From: Ruminiclostridium sp.
GTDB taxonomy: Bacteria > Bacillota > Clostridia > Oscillospirales > Ruminococcaceae
Length of the DNA: 64,000 nt
Assembly: GCA_017635095.1 (NCBI GenBank)
Contig: JAGBMA010000092.1
Location: 30,994 to 94,993 of the forward strand
Direction: 5' to 3'
Shown here piece by piece: positions 18,952 through 27,614 of the stretch. Made by a program: the position numbers and the translations under genes. Numbering within the stretch: the first letter of the stretch is position 1; each line of letters starts with the position of its first letter. The notes under the pieces are model-generated. The model had not been told where the DNA came from, did not search any database, and saw only the letters and a program-made list of their open reading frames with translations.

Positions 18952-20027
18952 AAAAGGTTATGGTCGCTATGAGCGGCGGCGTTGACAGCTCAGTCGCCAT
19001 GGTCATGCTCAAGGAGCAGTATGATGTCATCGGCGTCACTCTGAAACTGCACGACGGGGAATTTGAATGCGAGGGTCAGAAGACCTGCTGTTCCCTCTCC
19101 GATATCGACGACGCACGGGAAGTCGCTTCACGCTTCGATGTTATGCACTACGTCTATAATATGAAAGATCTCTTCCGTGAAAAGGTCATCGACAATTTCA
19201 TCTCGTTCTATGAACACGGAATGACCCCGAACCCTTGTATAGACTGCAACAGATACATCAAGTTCGACGCTATGCTCGAACGGGCGCTCACACTCGGCTG
19301 TGATTATATCTCCACCGGACATTACGCGCGGGTCGGGTATGATGAGACAAGCGGCCGCTGGCTGCTCAGAAAGGCAGTTTCGTTCGAAGGTGAGAACGAA
19401 AAGGACCAGTCTTATGTTCTCTACGATCTTAAACAGGAACAGCTCTCCCGCATATTGTTTCCCCTCGGAAGCATGAAAAAATCGGAGGTACGCGCGTATG
19501 CGGAAAAACACGGACTTGTGAACGCCCATAAATCCGACAGCCAGGACATATGCTTCGTACCCGACGGAGATTACGGCTCATTCATCTCCAGAACGACCGG
19601 CAGGGTTTACCCTCCCGGAGATGTGACCGACAGCTCAGGAAAGGTCTTCGGCAGGCACAACGGACTTATCAGCTATACTATCGGTCAGCGCAAGGGACTT
19701 GGCATAGCTTTCGGCAAGCCGATGTACGTTATCGGCAAGGATATGAACAAAAACGCTCTTATCGTGGGTGAAGCGGACGAGCTTCTGAGCCGTACACTCA
19801 CAGCCTCGGATATGAACTGGATCGCGTTTGAAAAACCGGATAAACCTTTTGAATGCAAGGCAAAGACCCGCTACAGAATGACCGAACAGCCGTGCATGGT
19901 CTATCCCGACGGGGACGGCGGTGTCACAGTGGAGTTTTCCACACCGCAGCGTGCGATAACTCCCGGCCAGCGCGTCGTATTCTACGACGGCGACATTGTT
20001 CTCGGAGGCGGCGTCATATGTACATGA
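18948..20027 (+). CDS. mnmA: tRNA 2-thiouridine(34) synthase
   Basis: VAMSGGVDSSVA (PP-loop), CIDCNRYIKF and SQDICF are the MnmA hallmarks. Confidence 0.92.
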   Translation: MKKVMVAMSGGVDSSVAMVMLKEQYDVIGVTLKLHDGEFECEGQKTCCSLSDIDDAREVASRFDVMHYVYNMKDLFREKVIDNFISFYEHGMTPNPCIDCNRYIKFDAMLERALTLGCDYISTGHYARVGYDETSGRWLLRKAVSFEGENEKDQSYVLYDLKQEQLSRILFPLGSMKKSEVRAYAEKHGLVNAHKSDSQDICFVPDGDYGSFISRTTGRVYPPGDVTDSSGKVFGRHNGLISYTIGQRKGLGIAFGKPMYVIGKDMNKNALIVGEADELLSRTLTASDMNWIAFEKPDKPFECKAKTRYRMTEQPCMVYPDGDGGVTVEFSTPQRAITPGQRVVFYDGDIVLGGGVICT

Positions 20028-20050
20028 CACGATATTTTTTCATAAGATAC

Positions 20051-20095
20051 ACAAAAACAGCCCCTCCGGGATATCGGAAGGGCTGTTGTCTTTCA
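20051..20095. terminator. bidirectional rho-independent terminator
   Basis: AACAGCCC-16 nt-GGGCTGTT, flanked by an A-run and a T-rich tract. It sits between convergent genes. Confidence 0.65.
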
Positions 20096-20099
20096 GTTA

Positions 20100-21620
20100 T
20101 CAGAAACCGAGAGATGCATTCATTTCGTCAATGTTAGTGTTGATAACATTTGCATACTCTTCACGAGCCTGCTCAAAGGAAGGAACAGACATATCATTGA
20201 TCGGAGCCTTCATGATATGATCCATAGGAGTATCGCCGGAAGTACCGTGGATACCGTCTGTACCTGCACCGTAGGAGTAGTCGAATACGGGTGTAAGAGT
20301 TGTGGCGGAAGCATTCTCGAAGTTGTTCCAGAGCAGATCGTATGCTTCATCTGTCCAGTTGTAGTTCTCAAATCTCTGAGCTCTGTCCGCAGCTATTGTA
20401 GCTTCGTCTGTCTTTGCGAGCATCAGGCACTTGTTCCATGCTCTGTAGGAATCGAGGTTTGTGGAACCTGCGCAGAGTGCGTAACCAAATACATCGTAGT
20501 TGCAGGGATGTCCTTCTGCGTTCGGGTTCTTGGGTCCGGGAACGAAGAATACATCATCGTTCGCAATGCCGACCTTCTTCATGTACTTGTAGAGGTCGCC
20601 CTGCCACCACCAGTCGCCCTGTGTCATGAACAGAGTATCGCCTGCGAGCCAAGCCTTGTCGTTTACGGACCAGCCGTTCTCAACGAGCGGATAACGGTAA
20701 TCCTGTTCACAGAGAGTTCTGATGACCTGAGCCGCACGCTCGATCTCGGGAGTGTAGAGGTTGTTTACGATCTTGCCCTGGTCGTCCATACCGATCATGG
20801 GGATACCGGCGGAGTTCATGATCGAAGACTGTATGTACCAGCCGTCGCAGAGGTACTTGTTCTCACCTGTCTGCTTGAACTGCTTACCGAAGTCAAGGAG
20901 ATGATCCCAGTCCCACTCGCCGTCGAGGAAGAGCTGGTAAGGATCGGGCAGACCTGCTTCTTCGAGCACGCTTCTGCGGTAATACCAGAGGTCTTCAACT
21001 CTGAGCTGGTTTACAGGACAGTACATCTTGCCGTTCCATGTGATCTGCTGGCTTATCTCACGATAACCGTCCCACTCGGGTCCGCTCATGTCGATAATGT
21101 CATCTATAGGCTGGAACATATTTCTGTACGCTGTGTACGGGAAGCACAGCGTTGTGAACTCGAACATATCGGGCGAATCGCCGGAAGCGACCATCTGTGC
21201 AAGCTTGTTGTAGCCTGTACCGTAAGCATAGCTTGACCATACGATGATAGCGTCCTTATAGTCGCCGTAGGAAGCCTCACCCTCCTCGGGAACGCCGTAG
21301 AGCTTTCTGAAAATCTCGTACTCGGCTGTGTTTTCCTCATTGTACCACGCGGAGAGGAATACGAGCTTCTTCTGGGGGTTGATCTCTTCTTCCGCTTCGA
21401 CGGTAACGTTTGCCGCAGCGTCCTGGACGCCCTCATTCTGACCGAATGTTTCCGCAGTAGTGAGTTCTGCAGTAGTTGTTGTCACTGCAGTGGTTGTCGC
21501 AGCATCTCCGTTTCCGCCGTTATCGGAACCCTGAGTTCTTCCGCTGCTGCCGCACGAACCTGCACCGATAACAGTCGCGAAAGCGAGAGCACCGGCAATG
21601 ATCTTATTGAATTTCTTCAT
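20100..21620 (-). CDS. ABC transporter extracellular solute-binding lipoprotein (carbohydrate type); no adjacent permease genes
   Basis: Lipoprotein signal MKKFNKIIAGALAFATVIGAGSC, a Thr-rich linker, and the size and composition of family-1 sugar-binding proteins. Confidence 0.7.
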   Translation of the reverse strand: MKKFNKIIAGALAFATVIGAGSCGSSGRTQGSDNGGNGDAATTTAVTTTTAELTTAETFGQNEGVQDAAANVTVEAEEEINPQKKLVFLSAWYNEENTAEYEIFRKLYGVPEEGEASYGDYKDAIIVWSSYAYGTGYNKLAQMVASGDSPDMFEFTTLCFPYTAYRNMFQPIDDIIDMSGPEWDGYREISQQITWNGKMYCPVNQLRVEDLWYYRRSVLEEAGLPDPYQLFLDGEWDWDHLLDFGKQFKQTGENKYLCDGWYIQSSIMNSAGIPMIGMDDQGKIVNNLYTPEIERAAQVIRTLCEQDYRYPLVENGWSVNDKAWLAGDTLFMTQGDWWWQGDLYKYMKKVGIANDDVFFVPGPKNPNAEGHPCNYDVFGYALCAGSTNLDSYRAWNKCLMLAKTDEATIAADRAQRFENYNWTDEAYDLLWNNFENASATTLTPVFDYSYGAGTDGIHGTSGDTPMDHIMKAPINDMSVPSFEQAREEYANVINTNIDEMNASLGF

Positions 21621-21677
21621 ATTTGCTCCTCCTGAAAGAGAATTTAGGTAATACTGTTAAAAATGCAGGGAAGGCAT

Positions 21678-21713
21678 AATGCCAGTATTGCCTTTAATGC
21701 CAGTATTGCCTTT
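21678..21713. repeat. perfect 2 x 18-bp tandem direct repeat (AATGCCAGTATTGCCTTT) in a divergent promoter region
   Basis: Read directly from the sequence. It lies between the solute-binding protein gene (-) and the GH43 gene (+). Confidence 0.9.
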
Positions 21714-21879
21714 AACAATGGGTGCTTGTGTAAAATACATTACCACACTTATCAATTATACACGGAATTATGCATAAATACAATTGACAAATTCAATAAA
21801 TGATATTATAATATTTTATAACATTTCACTTTACATTTTTTAATTTACTTAATTTATGACTTAACACAGGAGAAACGCC

Positions 21880-23343
21880 ATGCAGTACTGCAATCCCGTG
21901 ATAAAAGGCTTCTTTCCGGATCCTTCGGTGTGCTTTGCGAACGGAAAGTATTACCTTGCCGCAAGTTCTTTCCAGTACTTTCCCGGGGTGCCGCTTTTTG
22001 AGAGCGACGATCTCGTGAACTGGACCCAGATAGGATATGCTCTTACGAGACCGGAGCAGGTCATGCTCGACAAGATCGAGAGCTCCGGCGGCGTATTCGC
22101 ACCGACTCTGCGCTTCTTCGGCGGAAGATTTTACCTTGTGACAACAAACAACACAACTCATCAGAACTTCTATGTCCGGACGGACGACATATACGGTGAA
22201 TGGTCGGATCCAATATACGTCGATCAGGGAGGTATCGACCCTTCCCTGCTGTTCGACAACGGACACGTTTATTTTCTGAGCAACGGCGAGGACAGCTCCG
22301 GCGTTCATGGCATAACACAGTGCGAGATAGATATCCTCACCGGGCGCAGGCTTACCGAGAGCCGTTGTATTTGGCGCGGCTCCGGCGGCAGATTTCTTGA
22401 AAGCCCGCATATGTACCGGATAAATGACAGATACTATCTTATGGCAGCCGAGGGCGGCACGGAGTACGGTCACATGATAACATACGCCCGTTCGGAAAGT
22501 GTCTGGGGACCCTTTGAGGATTACAGCGGTAATCCTGTGCTCACCAACCGCAACAAAGCACCTTATATGATACAGGGCATAGGTCACGGCGACCTTATAC
22601 AGGACAAAAACGGAGACTGGCATATACTCTGCCTCGGTTTCCGGCAGATACACCAGTGGATGACATACCACCACCTCGGACGCGAAGTATTCCTTGTCCC
22701 GGTGCAGTTCGACAGCGACGGCTGGTTCACGGCAGGAAATGACGGGACCTGCGAAGGATATTACGAGATCACCGGATGCACCGGTCAGAACGAGAAAAAG
22801 ATCTACACGTTTGAAAATACGCTGTGGAACGTGGACTGGCAGTACCTCAGAAAGCCTGTTCCCGGAAACTATATATTCGGTAAAGACAGCATCGTCCTCA
22901 AGGGAACAGATGTCACCCTCGATGACACCGACTCGCCTACATTTATCTGCCTGCATCAGCGAGACTTCTGCTTCGAGCTTAAAGCGCGGGTGCTCACAGA
23001 CGGCGGCGAAGCGGGAATAACTTTGTACCACGACGAGAACGAGCACTACGATATCGCTGTAAGAAAGACGGAGAACGGGTTTGAAGCGGTGCTGCGGCTC
23101 AATATAGGCGGGATAAAACATGAACAGGCAAAGGCTTATCTCGGCGGAGGAGCACTCAATATATCCATCTCCGCAGATCACATGGGGTATGTGTTCACAG
23201 CCAACGGCTTCATGCTCGGAAGCGCCTATACCAAATACCTTTCGAGCGAAGTCTGCGGAGGCTTCACCGGAACCGTCATCGGGCTTTACGCCGTCGGCGG
23301 CAATAATGCAGAATTTTCCGAGTTGGAAATAAAATACGAATAA
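21880..23343 (+). CDS. glycoside hydrolase family 43 (beta-xylosidase/alpha-L-arabinofuranosidase type)
   Basis: NPVIKGFFPDPSVCFANGKYYLAASSFQYFPGVPLFESDDLVNW is the typical GH43 N-terminus. The C-terminal beta-sandwich domain is present. Confidence 0.85.
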   Translation: MQYCNPVIKGFFPDPSVCFANGKYYLAASSFQYFPGVPLFESDDLVNWTQIGYALTRPEQVMLDKIESSGGVFAPTLRFFGGRFYLVTTNNTTHQNFYVRTDDIYGEWSDPIYVDQGGIDPSLLFDNGHVYFLSNGEDSSGVHGITQCEIDILTGRRLTESRCIWRGSGGRFLESPHMYRINDRYYLMAAEGGTEYGHMITYARSESVWGPFEDYSGNPVLTNRNKAPYMIQGIGHGDLIQDKNGDWHILCLGFRQIHQWMTYHHLGREVFLVPVQFDSDGWFTAGNDGTCEGYYEITGCTGQNEKKIYTFENTLWNVDWQYLRKPVPGNYIFGKDSIVLKGTDVTLDDTDSPTFICLHQRDFCFELKARVLTDGGEAGITLYHDENEHYDIAVRKTENGFEAVLRLNIGGIKHEQAKAYLGGGALNISISADHMGYVFTANGFMLGSAYTKYLSSEVCGGFTGTVIGLYAVGGNNAEFSELEIKYE

Positions 23344-23362
23344 CCGTAAGGAGGTCAATCAA

Positions 23363-24628
23363 ATGCTTAATTTCACCGAAACCGCTCCTATGGGCTGGAA
23401 CAGCTGGGACTGCTGGGGTGCCGCAGTCAACGAGGACACAGTACGCAAGAACGCCGAGTTTATTGCAAAAAATCTCAGACAGTACGGCTATGAGTACGTT
23501 GTCGTTGATATCCAGTGGAGCGAACCCACTGCAGAAAACCACGAGTATCACCCGTATGCAGAGCTCTGCATGGACGACTATTCGCGGCTTATCCCTGCAG
23601 AGAACAGATTCCCCTCTTCCGCCGGCGGAAAAGGCTTTGAGCCCCTTGCGGAATATGTTCATTCCCTTGGGCTCAAATTCGGCATTCACATCATGCGCGG
23701 GATACCGAGACAGGCTGTGCATCGCAGCACCCCGATCTACGGCTCGGACAAGACTGCAAGAGACATCGTGAAAACCGACAGCATATGCGCATGGAACACC
23801 GATATGTACGGTATCGACCCGACAAAAGAAGGCGCAAAAGCATATTACGACAGCATCTTCCGTCTTTATGCAAAATGGGGCGTTGACTTCATAAAATGCG
23901 ACGATATCGCAAGAGAACTGCCGCATTGTGAAGACGAACTGAAGCTTATGAGCAGATCCCTTGCAGACTGTCCGATAGAAATGGTTCTAAGCCTTTCTCC
24001 CGGTCCCGCACTTCTCGAAAAAGCAGAACTCTATAAGCAGATCTCCAATATGTGGCGCATCACCGACGATTTCTGGGATCAATGGGATCTTCTCTACGCC
24101 ATGTTCGAGCGCTGTGAGAAATGGTGTGTACATACCGGTGCAGGTCACTGGCCCGACGCGGATATGCTTCCGGTAGGAGCGATACGCCAGGACTACGGTC
24201 CCAACGGCTATACCAACTTCACCCAGGACGAACAGATAACTATGATGACCCTCTGGAGCATCTTCCGCTCTCCCCTGTTCATCGGCGGAGATCTTTCCAA
24301 ATGCGACGATCAGACGCTTAAACTGCTCACAAATGCGGAAATACTGAAAATGCACAGAAACGCCCGCGATGCACATCAGGTATGGCGCAGAAAAATAGGC
24401 GGCAATGAGCATATCCTCTGGAAAGCGGGCTGTGCGGAGGGCGGTATATATGCTGCAATATTCAACTGCGGAAACAGCGAGAACAAAATAGAGATAAGCC
24501 TTAAAGATCTGGAAATGCCGAAAGGAAGCCTGTGCACAGAGCTCTGGAGCGGACTTAAAGCGCCTATCGCGGATAAGATCAACGTCCGTATAGCTCCTCA
24601 CGGCGCAAAGGCATTCAGAATATCTTAA
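23363..24628 (+). CDS. glycoside hydrolase family 27-like (alpha-galactosidase type)
   Basis: PMGWNSWDCWGAAVNED...YEYVVVDIQW...KFGIHIMRGIP...DFIKCDD are the GH27 core motifs. Confidence 0.75.
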   Translation: MLNFTETAPMGWNSWDCWGAAVNEDTVRKNAEFIAKNLRQYGYEYVVVDIQWSEPTAENHEYHPYAELCMDDYSRLIPAENRFPSSAGGKGFEPLAEYVHSLGLKFGIHIMRGIPRQAVHRSTPIYGSDKTARDIVKTDSICAWNTDMYGIDPTKEGAKAYYDSIFRLYAKWGVDFIKCDDIARELPHCEDELKLMSRSLADCPIEMVLSLSPGPALLEKAELYKQISNMWRITDDFWDQWDLLYAMFERCEKWCVHTGAGHWPDADMLPVGAIRQDYGPNGYTNFTQDEQITMMTLWSIFRSPLFIGGDLSKCDDQTLKLLTNAEILKMHRNARDAHQVWRRKIGGNEHILWKAGCAEGGIYAAIFNCGNSENKIEISLKDLEMPKGSLCTELWSGLKAPIADKINVRIAPHGAKAFRIS

Positions 24629-24645
24629 ATAACGGAGATGATATC

Positions 24646-25497
24646 ATGAAAAGAATAAAACCCGGCATGATAAAAATACTTGCAGTCACACTCGCATCAC
24701 TGGTACTGTTCTGCTCGTGCGGCAAGGCAGCAGACGCGGCTTCTCAGTTAGCCGGTGCAGTCGCGAGCTCGGTCGGTCAGGAGATCAACAGTGCCTTGTC
24801 CGAAGGAGCCAAAGAGTTATCCGACGGCATGAGCGAACTCAAAAGCGGTCTTTCCAGCGGTATGGACGAGGTAAGAGACGGTCTTTCCAGCGGTATGGAC
24901 GAGGTAAGAGACGGTCTTTCAAGCGGTATGGACGAGGTGAGAGACGGTCTCTCCAGCGGCATGAATGAGGTCAGGGACGGTCTCTCCAGCGGCGTTGACG
25001 GACTCAAAGAAGGTCTTGCTGATGTCACCGACGAGATCACCAGAGGCGGAGAGGAAGTGTCAAGATCTCTCGACAGCCTTGCAGAAGATATTCAGGAATC
25101 AATAAACTCGGGTCTTACCGAGGCGTCGGTTTTCTTAAGCTCACTGAATGAAAACACCTCCGGCACCGAGGCGCCTGTCACATCAATAAGCGCCGATGAC
25201 ACCACCCGTGAGCCTTCCGAAAAAACAGAGTACACCTTCCGCAACAAGCAGCGCTATGACGAGCACTACAAGAAACACGGAGCGGAATTCGGAAACATAA
25301 CCAAAGAAGAATACCTGAGACTTGCAAACGAACTCATAAACTCGGAGTCTGACCGTGTTCTCCACAAATATTCGGAGGACGGCGATTATATGTACTTCGA
25401 CCAGGATACGGGGTATTTCCTCGTACTTTCGGAGGACGGGTATATACGGACATTCTTTATCCCGACAGCCGGGATAAAATACTGGGAAAGACAGTGA
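24646..25497 (+). CDS. repeat-containing lipoprotein with a C-terminal toxin-like module of about 95 aa
   Basis: The signal/lipobox is ...SLVLFCSC. There are five tandem 11-aa units (GLSSGMDEVRD). The C-terminus reads YTFRNKQRYDEHYKKHGAEFGNITKEEYLRLANELI...GYFLVLSEDGYIRTFFIP. Confidence 0.6.
   Translation: MKRIKPGMIKILAVTLASLVLFCSCGKAADAASQLAGAVASSVGQEINSALSEGAKELSDGMSELKSGLSSGMDEVRDGLSSGMDEVRDGLSSGMDEVRDGLSSGMNEVRDGLSSGVDGLKEGLADVTDEITRGGEEVSRSLDSLAEDIQESINSGLTEASVFLSSLNENTSGTEAPVTSISADDTTREPSEKTEYTFRNKQRYDEHYKKHGAEFGNITKEEYLRLANELINSESDRVLHKYSEDGDYMYFDQDTGYFLVLSEDGYIRTFFIPTAGIKYWERQ
24847..25011 (+). repeat. about five copies of an in-frame 33-bp tandem repeat
   Basis: GGTCTTTCCAGCGGTATGGACGAGGTAAGAGAC is repeated. 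Copies 1 and 2 are identical and later copies diverge progressively. Confidence 0.9.
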
Positions 25498-25510
25498 CGG
25501 GGGTGTGGAT

Positions 25511-25705
25511 ATGCTGAAATGTGCTTGCTGCGGCAAAGATACGATAGAAGAAGAGTACGACATCTGCCCTGTCTGCGGCTGGGAACGCGATCATGTCCAG
25601 GAGCGCTTCATAGGTATGCGCGGCGGTGCGAACCGGCTTTGTCTCGCAGAAGCGAGAGAGATGTACAAAGAGTGCGGATACAGCGACGACAGGCTGAAAA
25701 AATAG
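25511..25705 (+). CDS. CPCC-family cysteine-rich small protein
   Basis: MLKCACCGKDTIEEEYDICPVCGWERDHVQ...GGANRLCLAEAREMYKECG matches my recollection of the Cys_rich_CPCC pattern (C-x-C-C-G...ICPVCxWE.D..Q...GGAN..SL.eA). It starts 13 nt after the upstream stop. Confidence 0.65.
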   Translation: MLKCACCGKDTIEEEYDICPVCGWERDHVQERFIGMRGGANRLCLAEAREMYKECGYSDDRLKK

Positions 25706-25743
25706 TACAGACCCCGTGAGTTCCAATGCTCACGGGGTCGTTT

Positions 25744-26913
25744 TTATTGCAGTATCACAGGCTTTGCCGTATAATCGAGACCGCATACCCTCTTCTTGTC
25801 AAAGGCAAGGGCATACAGGTCTCCTGCGCGCTCTTCAAGTGCAGCAAACCGCTTTGCTTTTGCACCGGTATCTGCAAGCGCACGGAGCGATGTGTCAACG
25901 GGGAGATCACACTCCGCCGCCGCAAGTATCTCCCTGCCCTTTCCGTTCATACCAAGAATGTGAACATACTGCGGAGGTATCTTCAGATCCTGCTTGCGGA
26001 TCCCTATGAACTCCGCCATGACTATGCGGCGGATACGCGACATAGTATATCGCTTTGTCTTTATGAGCATATACAGCTCGGCAAGGCTCGTAGAGACGCG
26101 CGCAGCCTTGTAAATGCGGTTTTCGAGCCCCATAAGCACATTCGGCGCTTTCTCAAGTTCTTCCTTCGACATAGTCCTGAGCTTTGCAAGTATCGCGGTC
26201 TCAAGGTTTGCAAGCTTTGCCATGCCGGTCTCATATCCCTCGGGGAGCGACGGAACGAATGCGCTCATATCCTCCCCCGCGTTCAGCGATTTTCTGATAT
26301 GCCCCGCAGAAGCGAAGTAACCGCTTGTCCTGCCGCTGTCATGCTCGGTACCGACGCGCTTTATCGTGACAGGCTTTATTGAGGAGCCAAGCTCTCCCAG
26401 AGCTTTCAGATACTCCACCGCAAGCGTGTTGTTCGGTGCGGTAAGAGCGTCTATGATCTCCTCCTCATAATACTTCTCTATCGTTTTCTGCAGAGCTGCC
26501 GGGTAGCTGTCGCCGGATCTCATGTACCTGAAAAAATCCTCGTTCTGCTGTGCAAACATAACTGCTCCGGCAGTTTCTTCAAGAAGCGATACATCTCCGC
26601 ACTCGCTCCCGAAGCTTATCATCTCCACACAGCCGAGGTCTTTCATCAGCGAGACCGCGCCGTAAGCGAACTGCTCGGCACTCCCCAGCGCGTAAGGAAC
26701 GGGAAGCTCTATGACAAGATCTGCGCCGTTTTTCAGAGCGATCTCAGCCCTGCGGTACTTGTCGAAGATCGCCGGATCGCCGCGCTGAGTGAAGTTTCCG
26801 CTCATTACCACCGCGATATGAGTGGCGCCGTAAAGTTCCTTTGTCTTTTCTATATGGTACCTGTGTCCGTTGTGGAAAGGATTATACTCCGCAACTATTC
26901 CACATATCTTCAT
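25744..26913 (-). CDS. tmcAL: tRNA(Met) cytidine acetate ligase (UPF0348/YlbM family nucleotidyltransferase)
   Basis: MKICGIVAEYNPFHNGHRYHI is the family N-terminus. GGAG lies 8 nt before this ATG. Confidence 0.8.
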   Translation of the reverse strand: MKICGIVAEYNPFHNGHRYHIEKTKELYGATHIAVVMSGNFTQRGDPAIFDKYRRAEIALKNGADLVIELPVPYALGSAEQFAYGAVSLMKDLGCVEMISFGSECGDVSLLEETAGAVMFAQQNEDFFRYMRSGDSYPAALQKTIEKYYEEEIIDALTAPNNTLAVEYLKALGELGSSIKPVTIKRVGTEHDSGRTSGYFASAGHIRKSLNAGEDMSAFVPSLPEGYETGMAKLANLETAILAKLRTMSKEELEKAPNVLMGLENRIYKAARVSTSLAELYMLIKTKRYTMSRIRRIVMAEFIGIRKQDLKIPPQYVHILGMNGKGREILAAAECDLPVDTSLRALADTGAKAKRFAALEERAGDLYALAFDKKRVCGLDYTAKPVILQ

Positions 26914-26918
26914 AATTG

Positions 26919-27530
26919 TCACTCCTTATACTCCGCCGACGTTATGCTCCTGACAACATTTGTGTTAGGATAATACTCAACCGTCAGGCTGTTTTTATGC
27001 CCGTTCATTTTGACAGCATCGCCGAGTTCAAGCCATTTTTCATCGTCCATGCCCTTTGCAGCGGCTTTGACGAACTCAGCCTGTTCCGCTGTCATATAGA
27101 CGTGAGCCTGCCCGTCTTTATCCGCATAAAGATTGAGACTGCCGGCTCCGCCTTCGAAATAGTAGTATGTTGTGATCGTCTTTGTGCCGCCGGAGATATC
27201 CTTGATGTACGCATCTGACGAAATGCAGTATAACACGCACATAGCCGCCATGACCGCCGCGCCGGCGATATACGCTCCTTTTTTTGCAAGCTTCCGGTAA
27301 CTGCATATAAGCGTTATTATATAAGTCGGCACAAGAACAAGAAGAACAGCGATCACTATGCATTGCGCATATATCGCATAGTGCCCGAGCCGTCCGCGCG
27401 AATTGAGCAGCAGAACAAACGCCCCGTTGAACAGCACAAATACGCTTGAAATGATCGAAAGTGCGGCAGCGCTCTTATCCGGCTTCTGCGCAGCTCCGTT
27501 CATATCGGGAACCGTCCCTTTTTCTTTCAT
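26919..27530 (-). CDS. hypothetical membrane protein (three TM segments plus an extracytoplasmic domain)
   Basis: Three hydrophobic helices. No family recognised. Confidence 0.45.
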   Translation of the reverse strand: MKEKGTVPDMNGAAQKPDKSAAALSIISSVFVLFNGAFVLLLNSRGRLGHYAIYAQCIVIAVLLVLVPTYIITLICSYRKLAKKGAYIAGAAVMAAMCVLYCISSDAYIKDISGGTKTITTYYYFEGGAGSLNLYADKDGQAHVYMTAEQAEFVKAAAKGMDDEKWLELGDAVKMNGHKNSLTVEYYPNTNVVRSITSAEYKE

Positions 27531-27614
27531 CTGCTTTGCTCCCTCTCCGGCTTATCATGATCTGTAGCAAAACCGCATACTCCTCGCTGCATTTTGCGGC
27601 AATGAGACCGATTC

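Noticed and set aside
20217-21236. 339-aa ORF on the plus strand
   Set aside because: It is antisense to the solute-binding lipoprotein gene. It is a shadow ORF.
21826-23358. 510-aa ORF on the minus strand
   Set aside because: It is entirely antisense to the well-supported GH43 gene (21880-23343). Its composition is Arg/Val/Ala-rich with no motifs and no RBS. This is the typical shadow ORF of a GC-biased coding region.
24717-25040. Alternative-frame ORFs (83 aa on the plus strand, 87 aa on the minus strand) across the 33-bp repeat
   Set aside because: They are artefacts of the tandem repeat being open in several frames. The lipoprotein frame is the one with a signal peptide and continuity.
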